A DNA stretch of 64,000 nt from Thalia democratica (Eukaryota), in assembly GCA_965202585.1 (NCBI GenBank), contig OZ241827.1, forward strand, positions 30,566,001 through 30,630,000, given 5' to 3'. The position numbers and the translations under genes were made by a program. The notes below the pieces were generated by a model. The model worked only from the letters and a program-made list of their open reading frames with translations, made no database searches and had not been told where the DNA came from. Below, piece after piece: positions 61,001 to 64,000 of this stretch (position 1 is its first letter; every line of letters begins with the position of its first letter).

Positions 61001-64000
61001 AATCCTATCAATATTTTGCGTTGATGAAGTACTAAAAAATTATTTAATTATGTCATATAAGCTAGATATAAAAACTATGATAGATAGATGTCCTGGACAA
61101 GACATTAAAAGGTATCCTTGGTGTGCGTCTTGATAACCAAATGTTTTGAGCGTTTTTTGTCGTTCAATAAACTATAAAGATATTAAAGTTTTAATAAGAT
61201 ATGTTTATAGTTCATTTTAAGCACTAAAGATCTCTTTGAACGCAACTAAGCTTGCCAAATAAACTATTGAAAAATAAAAAAGTATACTTTTCTTCCTTTT
61301 ACAAAGAAGAGTCCTCTATTTTTTTTTAATCAATCAAACTTATAATAAATATTTAAGTATTGAGGTTTTAAATCAAGTTAAGAAGATCATGAACCTACAT
61401 AAAAATAATAAAATCTAATAAATTATTAACTATTATTAACTATTATCTGTAGAAAATATTCTATTTTAATGAAAACATGTATACACCTACTTTACTCTAT
61501 GCTTCTATTCTTTCATTACAGTAATTATTTTTTACAGAACCCAGTTGAAGTGTGTTGATTCGTTGACACACAGAAACATATGTTGGTACAATAAAGGAAG
61601 ATTACTGTACAATTTGTTTTTATAAAATCTAATAAACTGCTTTTTCCAATAGCTATTGAGAGACAAAAAAATTAAAATTTTTATTTTTCATTTATCTGTT
61701 CAATTTCTATTTTCTTTAATTAGGAACGTGTTAGGTTTACAGTTTAAAAGAAAAAAATCATTTGCAGAGAAACAGTACTTTTGAAAAATAATACTTTAAA
61801 ATAAAATAATTAGCTAAATATGAGAAAATGTTTAGTAAAACATATATAAAGAAGCTAGCAGTTTAATCTCAAGGAAAAATATCATGTTATAAAATTTTCA
61901 AAAATTTAAATACTCTGCATTAGTTTTTTTAGCTACAAAATTGAATAAATAAGCAAATCACCGGCCAATAACTTTTGCTTTGGCTGCAGATTGCCGACTC
62001 CCAACAAACACTTGTTTCAAATTAATTTTCAAACTACCTGCTATTATACTGTAATTTAAAAAAATTATACGCGATGTGACATTACTCTTAAATTCCCTGT
62101 GGTCAAGCATATAGTTTTTAATTAAATAATGTTGTAAATGTTAAATATACTTATTAGTTTAAAGCAATGGAAAAATATATCTTAAAAGTTTATTTTATAA
62201 CTAAAAGTATTACTAAAATAAATTAATTATTTATATTTCAAGCAATTTCTTTTTTATAGAAAAAATTTAATACAAAATTAGCCTAATTTTGAAATAACTT
62301 TTCAAATTGATTATGACGTTCAAAAGTTTTATTAATAACCTCGAAAAAACCGAATAAAAATATTTCAACTTTCGTCAAGTTGGTTGTTACAGCTTATATA
62401 CTATTGCTAATACTTTTTGCAAACTCAAAGTATATTGATTGGAAATGTCTGTGGTTTCATCATCATCACGTACTTCAATGCAATCATCATTTGAATCTCA
62501 TACCAAGTTTGTTGTTTTATGTTTAAATTTCATGTTAAACTTTGTAAAGCTTTTGAGTAGTAATTTAAAAAAAAAACAAGTTTTTTCATGTTCAGAAACC
62601 AACTTATAGATAGAATATTTAAACAAAGTTAAAAGCTTTTCAAAATTGTACATATACAATATACATTCACATAAAAGTTGATTATACTTTAATAATTAAT
62701 TGCAATCTTTTAGATGTAATCCTTTAATTTCAAAGCCTAAAATGAGATTAAGAAAAGTTCTAATTTTAAACAGTATATTTTCCCCATAATTAAAGCTAAT
62801 TATTTTTAGTGTTAAGAATGTAAAATACTCTAAAGGAAATTTTTGTTTATAATATCTTATTTAATTTCATATAACAGTGATGACATATACATACAATATA
62901 AATTAACATAAAAATTAATTATAAGTTGATAATTAATTATAATCTTTTAGATGTAATCCACCTATTTCAAAGCCTAATATAAGATTAAAAAAAATCTAGT
63001 TTAAAAAAGTTTGTTTTATAACTAAAAATATTATTAAATATAAATAAACTAAATATATTTCAATTAAAGCTTATCATTTTTTAATGTTAAGTATGTAAAA
63101 TATTTTAAAGGATTTTTTATCTATAATATCTTACTTATTTTCATATAACAGTGATGAGATCATGCATCTTCTTCAATTGATTAAAAAGCAAAATACTGAA
63201 AGGTTTATTAAAGGTCAGCGACCTTCGGCAATGAAAATTTATCCTGATGACATAATCTTTGCCTTCTTATGTTTGGGTGAAGAAGTAGAAATGGCTTTTG
63301 ATGATTTCAGTCAAGATAATCATGTTTGTTTATTAGATATGTATTACTAAAAAGTGTTTATATAAGAATATTTAATTGTGAAAACGATTTTGGCTTATCA
63401 CCTTTAGCCGTTTATAATGTTTCTGATGTTAGATTTCATTTACATATTAGAAAACAACAGTAACTTTCTTAACTCCTTTATAAGAGGTAGACCACTATAG
63501 AAGTAAAACATTGTTTTGTTTTTGATAATTTGTTGGATAGAATCTAAATTGTCTCCTTATATGCACTAAAGTTGAGAACTTTTTATTGTTCGATTCAAAA
63601 TAAATTACAATATCTTATTTCTTATGTGTTTAACATACAAGTAAAAAATAAGTAACGTATAAACATACAACAAATCATAAACTACTTTTGCTACAAAAAT
63701 TAAAATTGTACAAATATAAAAAAAATCTATTTTTCATTCAATACTAAATCTAAACTGAAATCATACGTTATATATTTGAAAACAATGAAATATTAAAAAT
63801 CACAATTAGAACTTGAACTGGTACACACAATTTGAGTATGAAAAAAGGGAAAAAGGAATGTTTGAGAAATTGAACCCTGAAAATAGAAAAAACTGGGGTT
63901 CAGTTCTTTCATATGAAGGTAAAAAACTCAAATATTTGACATATTTAGTAAACTTTAATTTTATATTAGTATATACTTTTAATTAAGTAATAAAGATGTA

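Noticed and set aside
63240-63275. CTGATGA motif and ORF 63162-63350
   Set aside because: No HHR stems; ORF has no recognisable domain or splice context.

Overview
Very AT-rich eukaryotic (animal, probably invertebrate) genomic DNA, not prokaryotic; no CRISPR, rRNA or tRNA recognised. Two minus-strand intron-containing genes are present. (1) A large sushi/CCP-repeat gene (putative signal-peptide exon ~26.0 kb, 34 phase-1 single-sushi exons between 23.5 kb and 0.27 kb, continuing past the window start). It includes an array of ten near-identical exons and a recent three-exon tandem duplication. (2) A complete SR splicing factor gene of the SRSF4/5/6 (B52/SRp55) group, 7 coding exons, 359 aa, 40069-45683. 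The rest is a dense mosaic of MITEs (hAT-, Tc1/mariner- and TTAA-type), decayed LINE and Penelope-like element (PLE) remnants. The most interesting signal is a set of eight hammerhead-ribozyme (HHR) motifs from three sequence families. One family forms a recent 2.6-copy, 328-bp retrozyme-like tandem array with a 16-bp target-site duplication inside a sushi-gene intron. The second occurs in a GIY-YIG-bearing PLE with ~1-kb inverted arms and in a ~125-bp mini-derivative. The third is an atypical long-stem-II family in a foldback element. Two HHR motifs lie in sense orientation within introns of the SR gene. All structures were read by eye; ribozyme activity, splicing and family assignments are untested.
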